This document shows positions 42,238-57,525 of a DNA stretch of 64,000 bases, in pieces. The notes below the pieces were generated by a model. It had not been told where the DNA came from. It was given only the letters and a program-made list of their open reading frames with translations, and did no database searches. Numbering within the stretch: the first letter of the stretch is position 1; each line of letters opens with the position of its first letter. Source of the stretch: Eledone cirrhosa (Eukaryota). Location: positions 24,676,001 to 24,740,000 of the forward strand of contig OZ024750.1 of assembly GCA_964016885.1 (NCBI GenBank), read 5' to 3'. The translations under genes and the position numbers were made by a program.

Positions 42238-43024
42238 AATAATCTATTTAACCTTTATTCCGCTTACATCTTTCGTACCCATCAGAATGACATCAACACC
42301 ACACAGCCTCCTTAGAAATACGATGAATTATACCTTTAAGAAATCAATTACTTTTGTTGTTAAGCCACATATCAGCCCTGATCGAACATCCACATAGCAA
42401 AAGCCCTTCAAGCTATGACTATCTTGTCTTACTGTCTGGAATAGAATACCACTCACTACATTATCTGCTGTGTGTCCTTTTTACAAGGCGATAGTAGTGT
42501 TTGAATGAGATTTGGCTGCTATTTCTAGCTGATAGAGGCAATCACAGATATCATGCTTCTATGTCTCTGTGAACGCCATAGACTTTATTAAAATCGTAGT
42601 TAAGTCTAGGCTATTCTGTGGTGGAGCTAATGGAGCAGCTCTTATCGGGCTCAGATTCGAAGGAAAGCGTAATATTTCTTCTGGTCATATCATACTTTTG
42701 ATTATGGGTGGAGGATTAAAATTTATTTCATCCCTCTCCTTCCCTCAACTTTGAGAACTGTTGCGTGTTCTTGTTTTAGCTATATTTCCTTCCTGTTACA
42801 TTACTGATACTCTTGAGAAAAGAATGATAGCCACGTCATCTCATTAGAAACTAGAGTTCAGCATTTGGTTTCTGGTGTATATAGAGTTCGTGATTAGTTT
42901 TCGATTATAAATAGGAACGATTTCTCTTACATTGATAATACAACCTTCTACATCTGCTCGAAATAGTAGCCAAATGCATTTTAAATAATATTATAAAATG
43001 GGAAGGATATATAGTATTATACAA

Positions 43025-43245
43025 GGCAGTAGATTGGCAGTATCGGTGGAGCGTTAGACTCCATGCTTTGCAGCATAGAGTTATATCCCTTTACGTTCTG
43101 AATTCAAATTCTGCCGAGGTTAGCTTTGCCTTTCATCCCTATGGGGTCGATAAAATAAAGTACCAGTCACGAATTGGGGGGATCGATTTAATCGACTTTC
43201 TTCTCCCCACAAAATTGCTGGCCTCGTACCTAATTCAAAAACCAT
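43025..43245 (+). mobile_element. SINE family A
   Basis: Homology to other copies. Confidence 0.85.
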
Positions 43246-43829
43246 TATACAATGTAGTCCTAAATATGGGATGGTCATAACTGGAATACGTTTGAACATA
43301 AGTTTGCTTAACCTAGAACTAAACCACAACAACAGCGACAATAATATCATGTTGATGAACATCACAGCTTCCCATTTCCATTTGACATAAAAGAAATTCT
43401 CAGATTTCATACAAGTGAAATAAACTAGGATCAGTGAAGAGCAAGAATTCAGCTGCAAGCAATTCGATTCTGGTTGAAGTCATTTCACTTTATTTACTTT
43501 GCTAATGTTCTTGGTTAGGGTGGGGAGGCACATAAACGTTACAATTTCGCCCACTAAAATATAGGGGAAATCCTCGAGCAGTGAAAATAAATCAATAATA
43601 GTCTTGGAATATGCAAAAAATAAATAAATAAAGTAATTATTGGACGGTATCATTGTATTGATATATTTTTCTGTGTGAGAGATACTGTAATGAAGCTCAG
43701 TGCTTTAAGAACTTTGTGGCTTGTTTACAGATATAGATGTTAAGAAATAAACCACTCAAATAAAATACGATACAAGCAAGAAGTGCATTTGTAGTGCCAT
43801 TTATGCTGAAGATTCTTGTAGTTGGATCT

Positions 43830-44135
43830 TCGTCGGTTGCAACGACGAGTATTCCGGTTGTTTGAAACGGAAAAGTCTTGTCCGTGAAATTAACTTACAA
43901 ATTACTGAGCATTTCACTGACACATGCAACCTTAACTAGTAGTTCTCAGGGAGATTCCATGACGCTGTATATGACATGGTTGATTCTTTGAATTATAGGT
44001 ACGGCTCAGTTTTGCCAGCTGAGTGGATTGGGGCAACGTGAAACAAAGTGTCTGGCTCAAGGTTGTGGCAGGAACCAACCTCGTGACCTTTCAACTGAGA
44101 GCTGGACTCCCTAACCACAAAGCTACGCGCCTTCA
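43830..44135 (-). mobile_element. SINE family B
   Basis: tRNA-like head at ~44135-44070 plus family body. Confidence 0.75.
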
Positions 44136-44910
44136 CACCGAAGATACTAAATAAAGTATCAAATACTATAAAACATAGTTAATTTATCTGTTAAGAAAGT
44201 CACCAAGTGGATCATTAAAATCTTAACTAGAAATAAACAAACAGAAAATTAACTATTATTAATGAATCAGCTTACAAACTCTCTACTGAATTGCATACAT
44301 TCTGATTTTAATTAATTTTAATTTATCAAAACTTTCGGGTTGTGTACTTTACCTTTCTTAACCAGAATTAATAATTAAGTTAATGATTATGTCTCCTTAC
44401 AGGAGTTTAATTTCAATTAATGACAATTTCTTGCCTCACTGTACTAATTAAGTTAGCACCAACCTTCCAGCGTCCAGCGTACTTGTCGACGTAGTAAGAA
44501 CCACTTAGCAAATGTTCAGGATTTTATAAGGGTTGGTTTAGAAAAATAGAATTGTTTAGAGAAGGAATGAAATGTGCCCCCGTCGGTTTCGATGATGAGT
44601 GTTCTTATTGATCAGTCAATGCAACAAATTGCTCGTGAAATTAATGTGCAAGTTGCTGAGTATTACATAGACACGTGTACCCTGAAAGTAATTCTCAGGG
44701 AGATTCAACGGGACACACACAGTGTGGAGACCCTAGAGGACAGGTTCATACATCTGTGTAGAGAAAGGAGACTCAAGGGGACAGGTTCACAAAGACTATG
44801 AGATGGAGAGATGAGATAGGTTTATAGATATTACATTAGTAAAAGTGACACGAGATAGAAACAGTTAACACAGACTTAGGGAGAACTTTGCCTTGGAATA
44901 GATAGATAAT

Positions 44911-45097
44911 TGTTTCTACTTTAGGCACAAGGCCAGCAATTATCCAGTGCATTACTGGTATTTTATTTTATCGACCCCGTAAGGATGAAAGGCAAAGTAA
45001 ACCTCGGCGGGATTTGAACTCAGATCGTAAAGGGACGTAACTATGCTGGAAAGCATGGCGTCAAACCCTCTACCGATACTGCCAATCCACCACCCTC
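44911..45097 (-). mobile_element. SINE family A with 16-bp TSD
   Basis: TSD GGAATAGATAGATAAT at 44895-44910 and 45098-45113. Confidence 0.95.
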
Positions 45098-45169
45098 GGA
45101 ATAGATAGATAATGAATGAATGAATAAGTTATTATATGAACTAACATAATGGATTACTTCACTGTACAC

Positions 45170-45477
45170 CAGAGGATCTCAAACTTTTTGAGCCACCACG
45201 TAATACCCTCAGCGCCCCCCGTCCCCTATTTCCAGAGAGACCTGCCTACACGCAAATTATAAATAATATATAATAAATAAAATCGTTAATTTATATATAA
45301 TAATTTATATAATATCTACTATGTATAAATAAATATATATTTTTTTATTTTGCTATATATATAAATATATATGTATTATTTGATATTTAATATACCATTG
45401 TATCATCTCTAGCCCCTTTCCCCCGGACCTGCTCAACGCCCCCGGGGTGGTTGTAGGGCCCACTTTGAAAACCTCTG
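45170..45477. mobile_element. hAT (Charlie-like) MITE
   Basis: TIRs CAGAGGATCTCAAA / TTTGAAAACCTCTG; perfect 8-bp TSD CTGTACAC. Confidence 0.9.
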
Positions 45478-45996
45478 CTGTACACTATGGTTGCTGTTCA
45501 GGGATTTTTCATGTGTGGTTTCTTTATATGTTCAGTGAATTGGCAGAAATGTTAAAGCGTTGGATTAGATGACTAAATGACTTGGTATTTGCTCCGGTCC
45601 ACTGCGCTCTCAGTTCAAATTACTCCGAGATTAACTTTGCCTTTCATCCTATCAAGGTCTATGAATAAAATACCAGTTCAGGGAAGTGAATTGTTAATTG
45701 TATTTAATCCAGCTCTATATGTTCTTAGTTCAAATCCCGCCTCTTTCTGTTAGCAGTTGCAGCCGACACAGTATCAGCAATGGAAAGACCAATTCTTCTT
45801 CTTACCATGTCCACACTTATAATTGTTGCTTGTGGTGGTGATAGGATTAGCAGTATCTTATCAATACTCTCAGGGCCGCGGCTTGCACGCTCCTATCTTG
45901 ATCACGGGAAGACCAATGAAAACATTATTTCTTCGATCCGATTTGACGATCAACTCACCTTTTTTATAGTTGTATCTTTAGTTTTGCATCAAATAT

Positions 45997-46220
45997 GATT
46001 TCTAGTATAGGCACAAGGCCAGTAATTTGGAGGGAGAGGAAAGTCGATTAAATCGACCCCAGTACATTACTGGTGCTTTATTTCATCGACCCTTAAGGAT
46101 GAAAGGCAAAGTTAACCTCGGCGGAATTTGAACTCAGACCGTAAAGGATCGTAAAGGATCGTAGCTCTATGCTGCAAAGCATGGTGTCCGACTGTATCGA
46201 TACTGCCAATCCACCGCCTT
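45997..46220 (-). mobile_element. SINE family A
   Basis: Homology; internal 10-bp duplication GTAAAGGATC. Confidence 0.85.
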
Positions 46221-46577
46221 GCTTTGCAAAACAAGCAAATAGACATCAAGTTCTCATTAGAATTTATCGACGACTATTGTTTGGCATTGGAACAATGCAA
46301 ACAATTAATTTAATACCAGCTTACAGCTAAACACTTCTATATTGAGTTGATTTTTTTAAAAAATATTTTACGATAAATTTAAATATCTTTACATATGTCT
46401 TACACTTTCATCGATTATCAGCTACAGCCATTTCTCTTTCTATCATCAATATATATTATTGTTGTTATATAAGACACTGGAGAAGTATTTAATTTTATCC
46501 ACAGGATCTGGATTGGATTTTACTTTCTTCCTTTTTTCTCCTAAGATCGATGAAATAAGAATCAGTACGTAATATAT

Positions 46578-46795
46578 TGGTTTCTGATTTAGGCACAAGG
46601 CCAACAATTTTGGGGAGGGTTAAAGTCGATTAAATCGACCCCCAGTACATTACTGGTACTTTATCTTATCGACCCCGTAAGAATGAAAGGCAAAGCTAAC
46701 CTCAGCAAGATTTGAATTCGGATCGTAAAGGGGCGTAGCTCTATACGATAAAGCATGTTGTACGACGCTCTACCGATACTGCCAATCCACCGCCC
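46578..46795 (-). mobile_element. SINE family A
   Basis: Homology; flanked by an imperfect TCAGTACGWAATATATT duplication. Confidence 0.9.
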
Positions 46796-47229
46796 TTCAG
46801 TACGAAATATATTAAGTTCTGTTTAATCGACTATACGTTTCTCTTGTGAAACCTGATTTAGTGGCTATGTTGAAAGAAAAGAAAAAGGAAATCTTGTTAT
46901 ACTTTGGGAGGGTCATGCTGCCAATAAAACACATGCACTTGTTGGATTTCACTTCAATTTATTATAGCTTTCCGGTTGGTTAATTCAATAACCGGAAGGT
47001 TGTTTATATATTGTCGAAGCTCTTTCGTCACACATTCTGTGACCTCAGTAACTGGTTTATTATTTTGTGTCTCTCCTTTGTTCTGTCCTACACCATCTTG
47101 TTTTTAAAAGGAATCGCCGACATATAAAACACAATATAAAGATCGTTCAAGTATTTAGAAGGAAGCTGTATTTTATATGGACGTGGCGAGGAGGAGCATT
47201 TTTTTATTATTATTTTTAATTAATATTTT

Positions 47230-47510
47230 CAGAGTTCAAATCCCGCCAAGGTTAGTTTTGCATTTCATCCTTACGGGGTCGATAAAATAAAGTACCAGTA
47301 ACGAACTAGTGTCAATTTTATTGACTTTCCCCTCCCCCAAAATTGCTGGCCTTGTGCCTAAAATAGAATCAATTATTATCATTATTAGCTTTGCCTTATA
47401 TGCCTACGGGGTTGACAAAATAAAGCACCAGTAATGCACTGGGGTCAATTTAATCGACTTTCCCCCTCTCCCTCAAAATTGCTGGCCTTGTGCCTAAATC
47501 AGAAACCATT
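47230..47510 (+). mobile_element. Two tandem 3' SINE A fragments
   Basis: Homology to other copies. Confidence 0.75.
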
Positions 47511-47809
47511 TTTATTATTCAACTTCACAATATTATTGTTATTCAATAAACATTACTTACACCGAGAGAATTATTTATTTAACTATCTAACTCGTGTTTG
47601 TTTCATAGCTTCGTAGAATACTAGATCCATTGTACTTGAATAATGTTTACATTTGGAATTATATAATACATTGATCAGATGGTAATAAGATTCTTTCTGA
47701 TTTGTTAGATTTTCTTCTGTTACTCTACCTCAAATATCCAACGTCTTTGCTGATATTTATTTTATTGGGCCAAACGAATACTTTAACTTTATCTTTTAAT
47801 CTGTATTGC

Positions 47810-48805
47810 ATTTGGTTGACCTCAGAGAGCTGGAACAAATACTGCAAGGTATCGTGTCCTACCGCTTTACAATTCCGCCCTGGACTGGTGCTTTATTTTA
47901 TCGACCTCGAAAGGATGAAAAGCTAACTTGACCTCAGCCCGCAGGAAGCCAGAACAAACACTGCAAGGCATTTTATCCTAGGCTCCAATGGCTCTACTGA
48001 TGCCCTACCAATTCGCCGTCTAAATTTATTTCGAGATTTTTTTTTTCCTTTCCAACAAGAAAATCTGGCACTCCGTCGGTTGCGTCGATGAGTGTTCCAG
48101 TTAATTCGATCAACAGAACAGCCTGCTCATGAAATTAACATGCATGTGGCTGAGTATTCCACATGCACGTGTACATTTAACGTAGTTCTCAGGGAGATTT
48201 AGCATGACGCAGAATGTGACAAGGCTGGCCTCTCAAATTACAGGTACAACTTATTTGGGCCAGCTAAGTGGACTGGATTGGAGCAACGTGAAATAAAATG
48301 TCTTGCTCAAGGACACATTGCGCCGCCAGGAATCGAACTCAAGACTCTACGCTTGCACGGGTTTAATTGCATGCATTGGTAAATTACATGTAAATATTTT
48401 TTTTTTTATGTGAAAACATGAATAATTTATATTTTGAAGTTTGGTAAGTCCTAAAATCCCCAACCCCCCACGATCAATAAATTGACCTAGATTTGATGAA
48501 ACATTAAACTATGAGAGAGATGCTTGCTTTTGCTATTTACAATTCCTACTTTTATTCAATCAATAAGGCAGCCAGCTGCTGCTGCTGATCACTGTACACA
48601 GATAGCAACTGCAAAACGACTTTTATAAGAATCTCTGAAGTATATTGTTAATATTAGTTAGTCATAGCAACTCTAAACAAATTTACAAGAGTCTGGAATA
48701 TATAACAAAGAAAATAAGTTTTCGGACAATATCATTATCCATCTTCTTTTTTGTCTGCTGAGAGAATAAGTGTGTTCCAGTACTTTGAAGATTGTTTCTC
48801 TATCT

Positions 48806-48869
<64 letters not shown>

Positions 48870-49750
48870 TGTTTCATTGTTTGGTCAAGATGGTAAGGGA
48901 GCCGCCCATGAACCGTTTCAGGGTCTCCGAGACTTGTGGGAGGAGAGAAGGTATCCTGAAACAGGAGATCTGCTTAGGCAGGAGAAATGCTTGCAACGGA
49001 GTGGATTAAATAAATAACACCCAAGTGCCAGGTGGTGGCGGTAGTGGAGGTGTTAAACTAGGCGACTAATGGTTTTGAACTCGGTATGCAGAGAGCCAGA
49101 ACAAACACCGCAAGGTATCTTGTCCGACGCTCTTACAATTCTTCCCTGGACTGGTGTTTTATTTTTATCGACCTCGAAAGGATGAAAAGTTAACTTGACC
49201 TCAGCGCGCAGAGAGCTGAAACAAATACAGCAAGGCATTTTATACTAGGCTCCAATAGCCCTACCAATTTTATACTAGGCCCCAATGGCCCTACCAATGC
49301 CCTACCAATGGCCCTACCAATTTTATACTAGGCCCCAATGGCCCTACCAATGGCCCTACCAATGGCCCTACCAATGGCCCTACCAATGCCCTACCAATGC
49401 CCTACCAATGCCCTACCAATTCGCCGTCTAGATTTATTTCGAGATTTTCTTTTCCTTTCCAACAAAAAAATCTGGCAGTTAATTCAATCAACAGAACAGC
49501 CTGTTCGTGAAATTAACATGCATGTAACTGAGTATTCCACAGGCACGCGTATCCTTAACGTGGTTCTCAGGGAGATTCAGCATGACACAGAATGTGACAA
49601 GGCTGGCTCTTCAAATTACAAGTACAACTCATTTTTGCCAGCTGAGTGGACTGGTGCAACGTTAAATAAAGTGTCTTGCTCAAGGACACACATCGCGCCG
49701 CCAGGAATCGAACTCACTACCTTAGGATCGTGAACCGAATACCCTAAACG
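47810..49750. repeat. Local duplication of a composite SINE block (47810-48350 and 49085-49750); second copy has a GCCCTACCAAT(G) expansion
   Basis: Collinear similarity including the unique junction CCCTACCAATTCGCCGTCTA...TTCCAACAA. Confidence 0.75.
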
Positions 49751-49841
49751 ACATTTTATTGAAAATAGTCATATTCACACATACAAAAGAATGGCAATTA
49801 ACACTAAAAGAAATCTCTTGTAGTTAGAATATACTATTAAT

Positions 49842-50132
49842 CAGCAGTTGCCAACTGGTGGTGCGAGAGAAAATGTTGGTGGTCCGCAGAAAAATTTGGA
49901 CATTGTTTGCAATTTTTATGTTTTATCAATAATAAAACAAAAATAATATTCGGTTAAAATATATTTTATAACCCCCTAAAAAATGTTTTGATAGGTACAT
50001 TTCATATTAATAAAATGGAAGTTCTCTGATCATTATTTTACAAATGTATTTATCTTTTTAAAAAAATTCATATTAGATGTCCGCGGGATTTCAAATTGTG
50101 GTCCATGAGGTCCGAAAGGTTGGCGACCACTG
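49842..50132. mobile_element. hAT-like MITE
   Basis: TIRs CAGCAGTTGCCAAC / GTTGGCGACCACTG; 8-bp TSD CTATTAAT versus CTATAAAT (7/8). Confidence 0.75.
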
Positions 50133-51239
50133 CTATAAATTATTCATAAAATTCGTCAGGTGTCTTACAATCCACAGGGGAGGGGGTATTGTTGAGTAGT
50201 GCAGGGACGATTTTCCATTGTCCACCAAATAGAATAACGTATGGGAAGAAATGAGCAGAGTTTCGTGACGAATAACTCCACTTCTTCTAGCGAAGGAGAA
50301 GGAATTAGTTAATGACTTTTCCATTTTCTCTGAGGCTAATTTTTAATAAAACGGAATTTAGAATAGGAAAGAAGAAAAAAAACAGATATTGGCAGAATTA
50401 TTTCATTTTGTCTCTCCGTTCATAAAATCTGTAAAAATCTGGAGAGTAGACTGCATGTCTATATTTACTAATTAAAAGTCATCGGCGCGAGAGAAAGAGC
50501 GGGAAAAGCGTATTTATTAACTTCATTTTTTTCTACATAATTGAAAGAATAATGAGAGGCTTAAAAAAAAAAAGAAATTTTTATAAATTCTCACGATGTA
50601 AGAGTCCTGTTTAAGGAGTGAAACCTCTATAACAACAACTAGAAGCAAAACAAGATTCAAGATTAATGTTGTTATGAACAGAAGGAGCCTGATATTGACT
50701 TTATATCGATGTATATCAGCTTCCTTTTATCATGTTACTTTCCAACAGACAGATTTTAATCCTCATTACACTGTATGTTGATACAGATCAGGTTGTCAGC
50801 TAGTTTTGCTACTTTTCAGGACTGCAAAGTAGTAATGTTTCTTTTGTGTTGGGCTATGTATTACTTTAAAATATTAATTCTTAAAGGTACACACTCAGTT
50901 TAACATCACATTAAATTAGAACCAACCTACAGGTAACCCTTATATATAGGAGAGACCGAAGTATCAATTTAACAGTTTATACATGTTTTATTCTCACGTG
51001 ACGCTCATTTTGCACTCAATGACTCAAGGTAAGATCGATCACGATCGAGTCTGGCTCCGGAATCGATTGCTCTCGCCTACTTATTATTGACACTCTGCAT
51101 GTTATGGTTACTAATAACCGGTGACGTCACAAAAGATGAATCCTACATTAGTTGTTTGATCCTCGAAATAACTGAGTGTTAAAACAGTTTAACTTTACAA
51201 ATCAATTATATATATATATATATATACACGTTGTATATG

Positions 51240-51319
<80 letters not shown>

Positions 51320-51529
51320 TGTGTATGTGCATATATGTAGATCCTATATATATGCTAGATCAATTATATATATATATATTTATTAAAATAACATTAAAGT
51401 TTAAGCAAAGAATCGCTGCTTTCACCCTTAACGGGATCTTCTGAAACTAACATGAGGTTCTTATATATTTGATATATATTTATCCTTATCGAGCCCTCTT
51501 TGTATTTTAGTCTTCAAATTTATTATTAT

Positions 51530-51597
<68 letters not shown>

Positions 51598-51918
51598 GAT
51601 CTAGCAACCTCGAAGCGGAGCTTACATGTGTTACTCGGCAATAATCCCTATATCGATACACTGCTACATTCATATCACCTTCATGTTTTATATTTATTGA
51701 TATCCATGAATATATTTATTTTCCTTATATTTTGACAACGATATTATTCTAAAATGGTTTTAGGAATCAAGAGTTCGTTGATGTTTTTAGGTCGAGTTTG
51801 GGAATAAGGGTGGGTGTATAACCTATAACCCACCACCACCACTGGAAACTGACAAATAGAAAGTCCCTTCCTTCCTCCTGTGTACATTTCTACTATAAAA
51901 CAGTATTTAATTTAATAT

Positions 51919-52102
51919 GGCGGTGGATTGGCAGTATCGGTAGAGGGTCGGACGCCATGCTTTCAAGCATAGTTACGTCCCTTTACGATCTGAGTTCAAA
52001 TCCCGCCGAGGTTGACTTTGCCTTTCATCCTTACGGGGTCGATAAAATAAAGTACCAGTAATGCACTGGGTAATTGCTGGCCTTGTGTCTAAAGTAGAAA
52101 CA
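51919..52102 (+). mobile_element. SINE family A with 17-bp TSD
   Basis: TSD AGTATTTAATTTAATAT at 51902-51918 and 52103-52119. Confidence 0.95.
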
Positions 52103-53040
52103 AGTATTTAATTTAATATCTTTCCATTTTTATATATTAACTTTAGTGTGTGTGGGGGGAGGGGATAACAATTTTAAGGAAAATAAACGAGTAACAACAC
52201 ATTTTCCTTCTTTATTTTAAGTTTTTAGCTTTTTTTATCGTATCTTTGTTAATTTTAAAAACAATTTTAACAATGAACGTGGCACAAGGAATTGATTAGT
52301 TTTAGTTTAGCCTGCCTGTCTGTCTCTCTGTCCGTCCGTCTGCCTGCCTGTTTGTTTGGCTAGTCAGTCAGTCTGTCTGTCTGTCTGTCTAGCTAGTCAG
52401 CCAAGTCCAGTAAAATATCGTAGTAAATATCGTGAGAAACATTTTGATTGAAGTAGAAAAAGAATTCTTGTTTAACAAACGATAAAATTGTCGAGATTGG
52501 TCTTTGATTAAGTTTGTCTTTTCATGCGAGTCTCTGAAGCTTTCGTTTGTTTGAAACTGTAACGATGAAGTATCGAGAACAATTCTAAAGGCCAGTTAAT
52601 AATTTTTCGTTCCAACCCCAATATGTGACCTAATTTTACTTCACGAACTTCTCTCTTCCATCTTCTTTCCATTTTCGTTGGACAGAGAGTCAAGAGGACA
52701 ACTAACTGCAGAAATATATTTAGGCCAAATGACTATCTAGTTTCCTTTTCTTTTCTTTCTTTACATTGTGTTGGGAGTGTGTGATGAGAAAGGCGACACA
52801 AGGGGATTTTGTCTTGCCCGTATTGTGTGTGTTTTAATGGTTGTGCGTGGGTGAATATACAAGCTATGGTGATTAAGAAGTCATCGTATATGTGAATGAT
52901 AGCATCCCCCGCATCCTTACTCTGGATGCTGTGTGTGTGGTGAGGTTTGGTAGGAGCTTATTCGTGTCCTGTAGCAATTTGAACCAATTTTCATGTAGAA
53001 ATGTTTTTCACAAACTCACTGACAGTCGTATCCACACACA

Positions 53041-53256
53041 TACACATATATGTATGTACATATATATACATACATTCACATACAAACGTACATGCATTCA
53101 TACATACATGCATACACACAGATACATACATACGTATATGCATACATACATACATACATACATACATACATACATACATACATACATACATACATACATA
53201 CATAGATATATGCATACATACATACATACACACAGATACATACATACGTATATGCA

Positions 53257-53289
<33 letters not shown>

Positions 53290-53483
53290 GCATACATACA
53301 TGCATACATGCATACATACACACAGATACATACATACGTGTATGCATACATACATACATACATACATACATACGTACGTACGTATATACATACATACGTA
53401 TATGCATACATACATACATACATACATACATACATACATACATACATACATACATACATACATACGTATATGCATACATGCAT
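53041..53483. repeat. (CATA)n compound microsatellite
   Basis: Directly visible. Confidence 0.95.
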
Positions 53484-53730
53484 GTGGTGGGGGGCAGTTA
53501 CTGTTTTTGTTATCTCGATTGTATGTCTTCGAGGAAAATGTAACAAAGGAAAGATTCGATGTTTGTCATATTCATGAATATTTCCAGGGTTTAAGGAGAT
53601 TGGCGGGGGCGGGGCTGCGTTCTAAATTATCCAGTGTATAAATTAAATAGAAGGCAGAGCAGGGTCAGTGTGGAAGAAAGATTTGATAATTTTAGGTGAA
53701 TTGTAATCTAAGTCGATTATTGCTCAAACA

Positions 53731-53917
53731 AGGGCGGTGGATTGGCAGTATCGGTAGAGGGTCGGACGCCATGCTTGCCAGCATAGTTACGTCCCTTTAC
53801 GATCTGAGTTCAAATCCCGCCGAGGTTGACTTTGCCTTTCATCCTTACGGGGGTCGATAAAATAAAGTACCAGTAATGCACTGGGTAATTGCTGGCCTTG
53901 TGCCTAAAGTAGAGACA
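53731..53917 (+). mobile_element. SINE family A with 15-bp TSD
   Basis: TSD ATTATTGCTCAAACA at 53716-53730 and 53918-53932. Confidence 0.95.
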
Positions 53918-54292
53918 ATTATTGCTCAAACAGATACACAATCTCGTTCTCTCTACTTCTCTCCCTCTACTTCTCTCTCTCACTCTTTCCCCCTCTCACT
54001 CTTCTCTCTCTGTCCTCACACCTGCGTAGGTTTAGTTGGCCTCCTAAAAGATTGCATCTCATTGGATGTGTCTTGGCTATTTTGATGACTTCTACTATAG
54101 GCACAAGGCCAGCATTTTGAAGGGGGAGGGGAAAGTCGATTACATCGACTGAGATCGTAAAGGGCCGAAACTCTATGCTGCAAAACATGGCGTCCGACCC
54201 TCTATCGATGCTGAACAATATATAACGTGCGCCCTTAACGTAACTCTCAGGGAGATCCAGCGTGACAAAGAATGTCTAACTATATAACAATA

Positions 54293-54478
54293 ATTGTTTC
54301 TACTTTGGGCACAAGGTCAGCAATTACCCAGTACAGTACTGGTACTTTATTTTATCGACCCCATAAGAATGAAAGGCAAAGTTAACCTCGGCAGGATTTG
54401 AACTCAGAACGTAAAGGGTCGTGACTCTATGCCACAAAGCATGGTGTCCGACTCTCTACCAATACTGCCAACCCACCA
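54293..54478 (-). mobile_element. SINE family A
   Basis: Homology; a deleted copy lies at ~54090-54212. Confidence 0.85.
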
Positions 54479-56138
54479 ATGTCACTCTCAAAGGCTTAGG
54501 GCGACTGAAAGTTATGGTAGATGACAGTTGTGCAGGATGCCACGCAGTAGGATCAAGACGGATACTTAATGGTTGCCTAGTAAACTGTTTAACCATATAA
54601 CCATACTGTACTCATTGAAATAAAGTATTTGTAAAGAGTATAATGTATATAATGTGTAAAATAAAATATAAGATAATAAAGAGAGAGGAGAACAAAGTCC
54701 TTAGAAGAAGAGAAAAGAAATAATTTAAAAAACAAATTAACAAATTCCGAAATATAATTTGAACTGAAGGAACTCCGTAAAACATGTTTATTAATTTTTA
54801 ATAATTAACTAGCATGTTTTACTCAAATAAACGAACAGTCTACTCTGTTTTCAAAACCTTCTTCCAAAATACAAATTAATTAAAATTTCGGAGTCTATTT
54901 TGCCTTTACAACGGCTGCTACAATGCATATTAACTATAATGTAGTTGGGACAAAATAGGGGTTAAAACCCTTTGAGACGGAAAGAACAGAATAATCTGTG
55001 GGAATCGAACCACACTCCTATCGGGTGCTGGAAGGACGTGTTTCCACTACATCAAGAGGAATCCTTCCACTCATTTCCGTTGGTAGATTTCCTCTTGCTG
55101 TGGTGACACTACCACCTTCCGGTATGTAGCAGAAACATGATTCGCTTTCCGTGGTCGATTCTATTCATATTTTTTTCGGCGGAGGCTATGGGGAGCCTTT
55201 GCGAAAAACAAAATATACTCTTAAACAAGACACTCCTTAAACTTTCCATTGTTTACAAAATTAATTAAAAGCAAAAATTTGCTGCGGAATTCGAAATGTA
55301 TAAAGAAATAAGGAGAAGTTGAAATGGAATAACATCAATTTAGATTATTAGACAGTGAAATAGCATTAAAGGAATTTAAGGAAAATTAAACACATCAAAA
55401 GTATAAAAGAATAACCATGTTTTATTAACGTTAAAGAAACGGACAAAAATACACATTTTTCCTTTAATTCTTTAATTTTAGTTTCTTACTATATGTCAGC
55501 TATTTTTCTCAATTTTCTTTAATGTGAAGAAATTAATGTATTACATAAGCAACGGAAATAATGTACAAGTGACTATTTTTTAATCAATCAGAAAGGGAGG
55601 AGCAGTGCCCACGATCCTTTTCAAGGCATTCGGTACTTGTGGACGCGAGAGAATAAGGTGCCTTCAAACCAAAGATATAGCCTAAACACTTGCAATTAAA
55701 TAAACTCTTCTAGAGGTACCAGGGGATTAAATGGTGTTAAATCGGGTGACGGATTAAGTTTACCACCCATGAGGCTACAACGAGATTTGAACCACAAGAG
55801 TTAAGAGCCGGAACAAATATTGAATGACATCTCGTCCGTCACTCTAAAAATTCCGCTGATCCACCGACCTTGGCTCAAACTTTATTTCATCAGTGCAGAA
55901 TAAGGTAAAGGGCAAAGTTGAGCTTTTAACTTAAGAAGTACGAAAATAATTTGAAAATGTGTCTACGCTCAGGAATGTTTCACTACAGTGAGTATATGTG
56001 TGTGCGTGAGAGAGAGACCTTGTCAGAGGGTGAAGGGAAACAGTGATGTCCTTTTTCAGGGCCTCCAAAACCTGTTGGAAGATAGATTCTTTCTCTTGAG
56101 CCTCATCTCTCTCCCCACCGCCCACATCTCTCTGTCTC

Positions 56139-56192
<54 letters not shown>

Positions 56193-56639
56193 TCTCTTTC
56201 ACTCTCTCAAAAATATATACTGCAAGCACAATTACCATTTTGGATGTATCGGCACATATGATCAGATATGCTGCAACATTGGAATAAGACTCAAGCAATA
56301 CCTAGATAAATATATAATTATGGCAGACAGAAAAAAAGAAACCGTTTAACTCCAATTTTTCCACACCTCCTGACTCTAATATTCACGTCAGAAGAGATCA
56401 ATTTATGAATAAGTCTATTCTTAAAATCTTAAATCTTAATTCTTCCATTATCAGTCACGCAATAGAGACAAATGATATTCCATCTCTAAAATTAATGGAT
56501 ATATGTTCGATTAAAAGTATTTCTTCTCTTTTTTATAATATCTATTCATCGATTGGGTTAAGCAATGTTTGGTATCGGTATTACGATTCCCACGTATGAA
56601 TTATTTAATTGTGAATTATGTAACATAAAATAAAAGCTT

Positions 56640-56756
<117 letters not shown>

Positions 56757-57073
56757 CATGTGTCTGTGTATATATATATACATGTCTGTGTGTGTGTGTA
56801 TGCCAATACGGAAATTGAATAATCAAGACCGTAGCGGTATATCATATATCAAATCATATATTTTGTCTGATGAAGACATACTGAAAAAACAACATAGTAC
56901 CTTTGAAAAGTATATATTTTGATTATGCAAATATTTTTCATTTGTTAACATTTTGAATAATATTATATATATATATATATATACGTTAACTATTTTTCCC
57001 ATTTTGACGCTATAGTCACTTATATATTATGGAATACTGTTGGCTTTTTGCTACAATATTTTCTATACCTTTC

Positions 57074-57165
<92 letters not shown>

Positions 57166-57318
57166 CTGTGTATATATATAAGGTCTATATATATAAGATA
57201 TATATATATATATAAGATATATATATGTATATATATATATATTATATATATATATATCTTATATATATAGATCTTATATATATACAGACACACACACACA
57301 TATATATATCTATATATC

Positions 57319-57399
<81 letters not shown>

Positions 57400-57464
57400 C
57401 TGTGTATATATAAGATATATATATATAAGATATATATATATAAAATATATATATATATATATAT

Positions 57465-57525
<61 letters not shown>
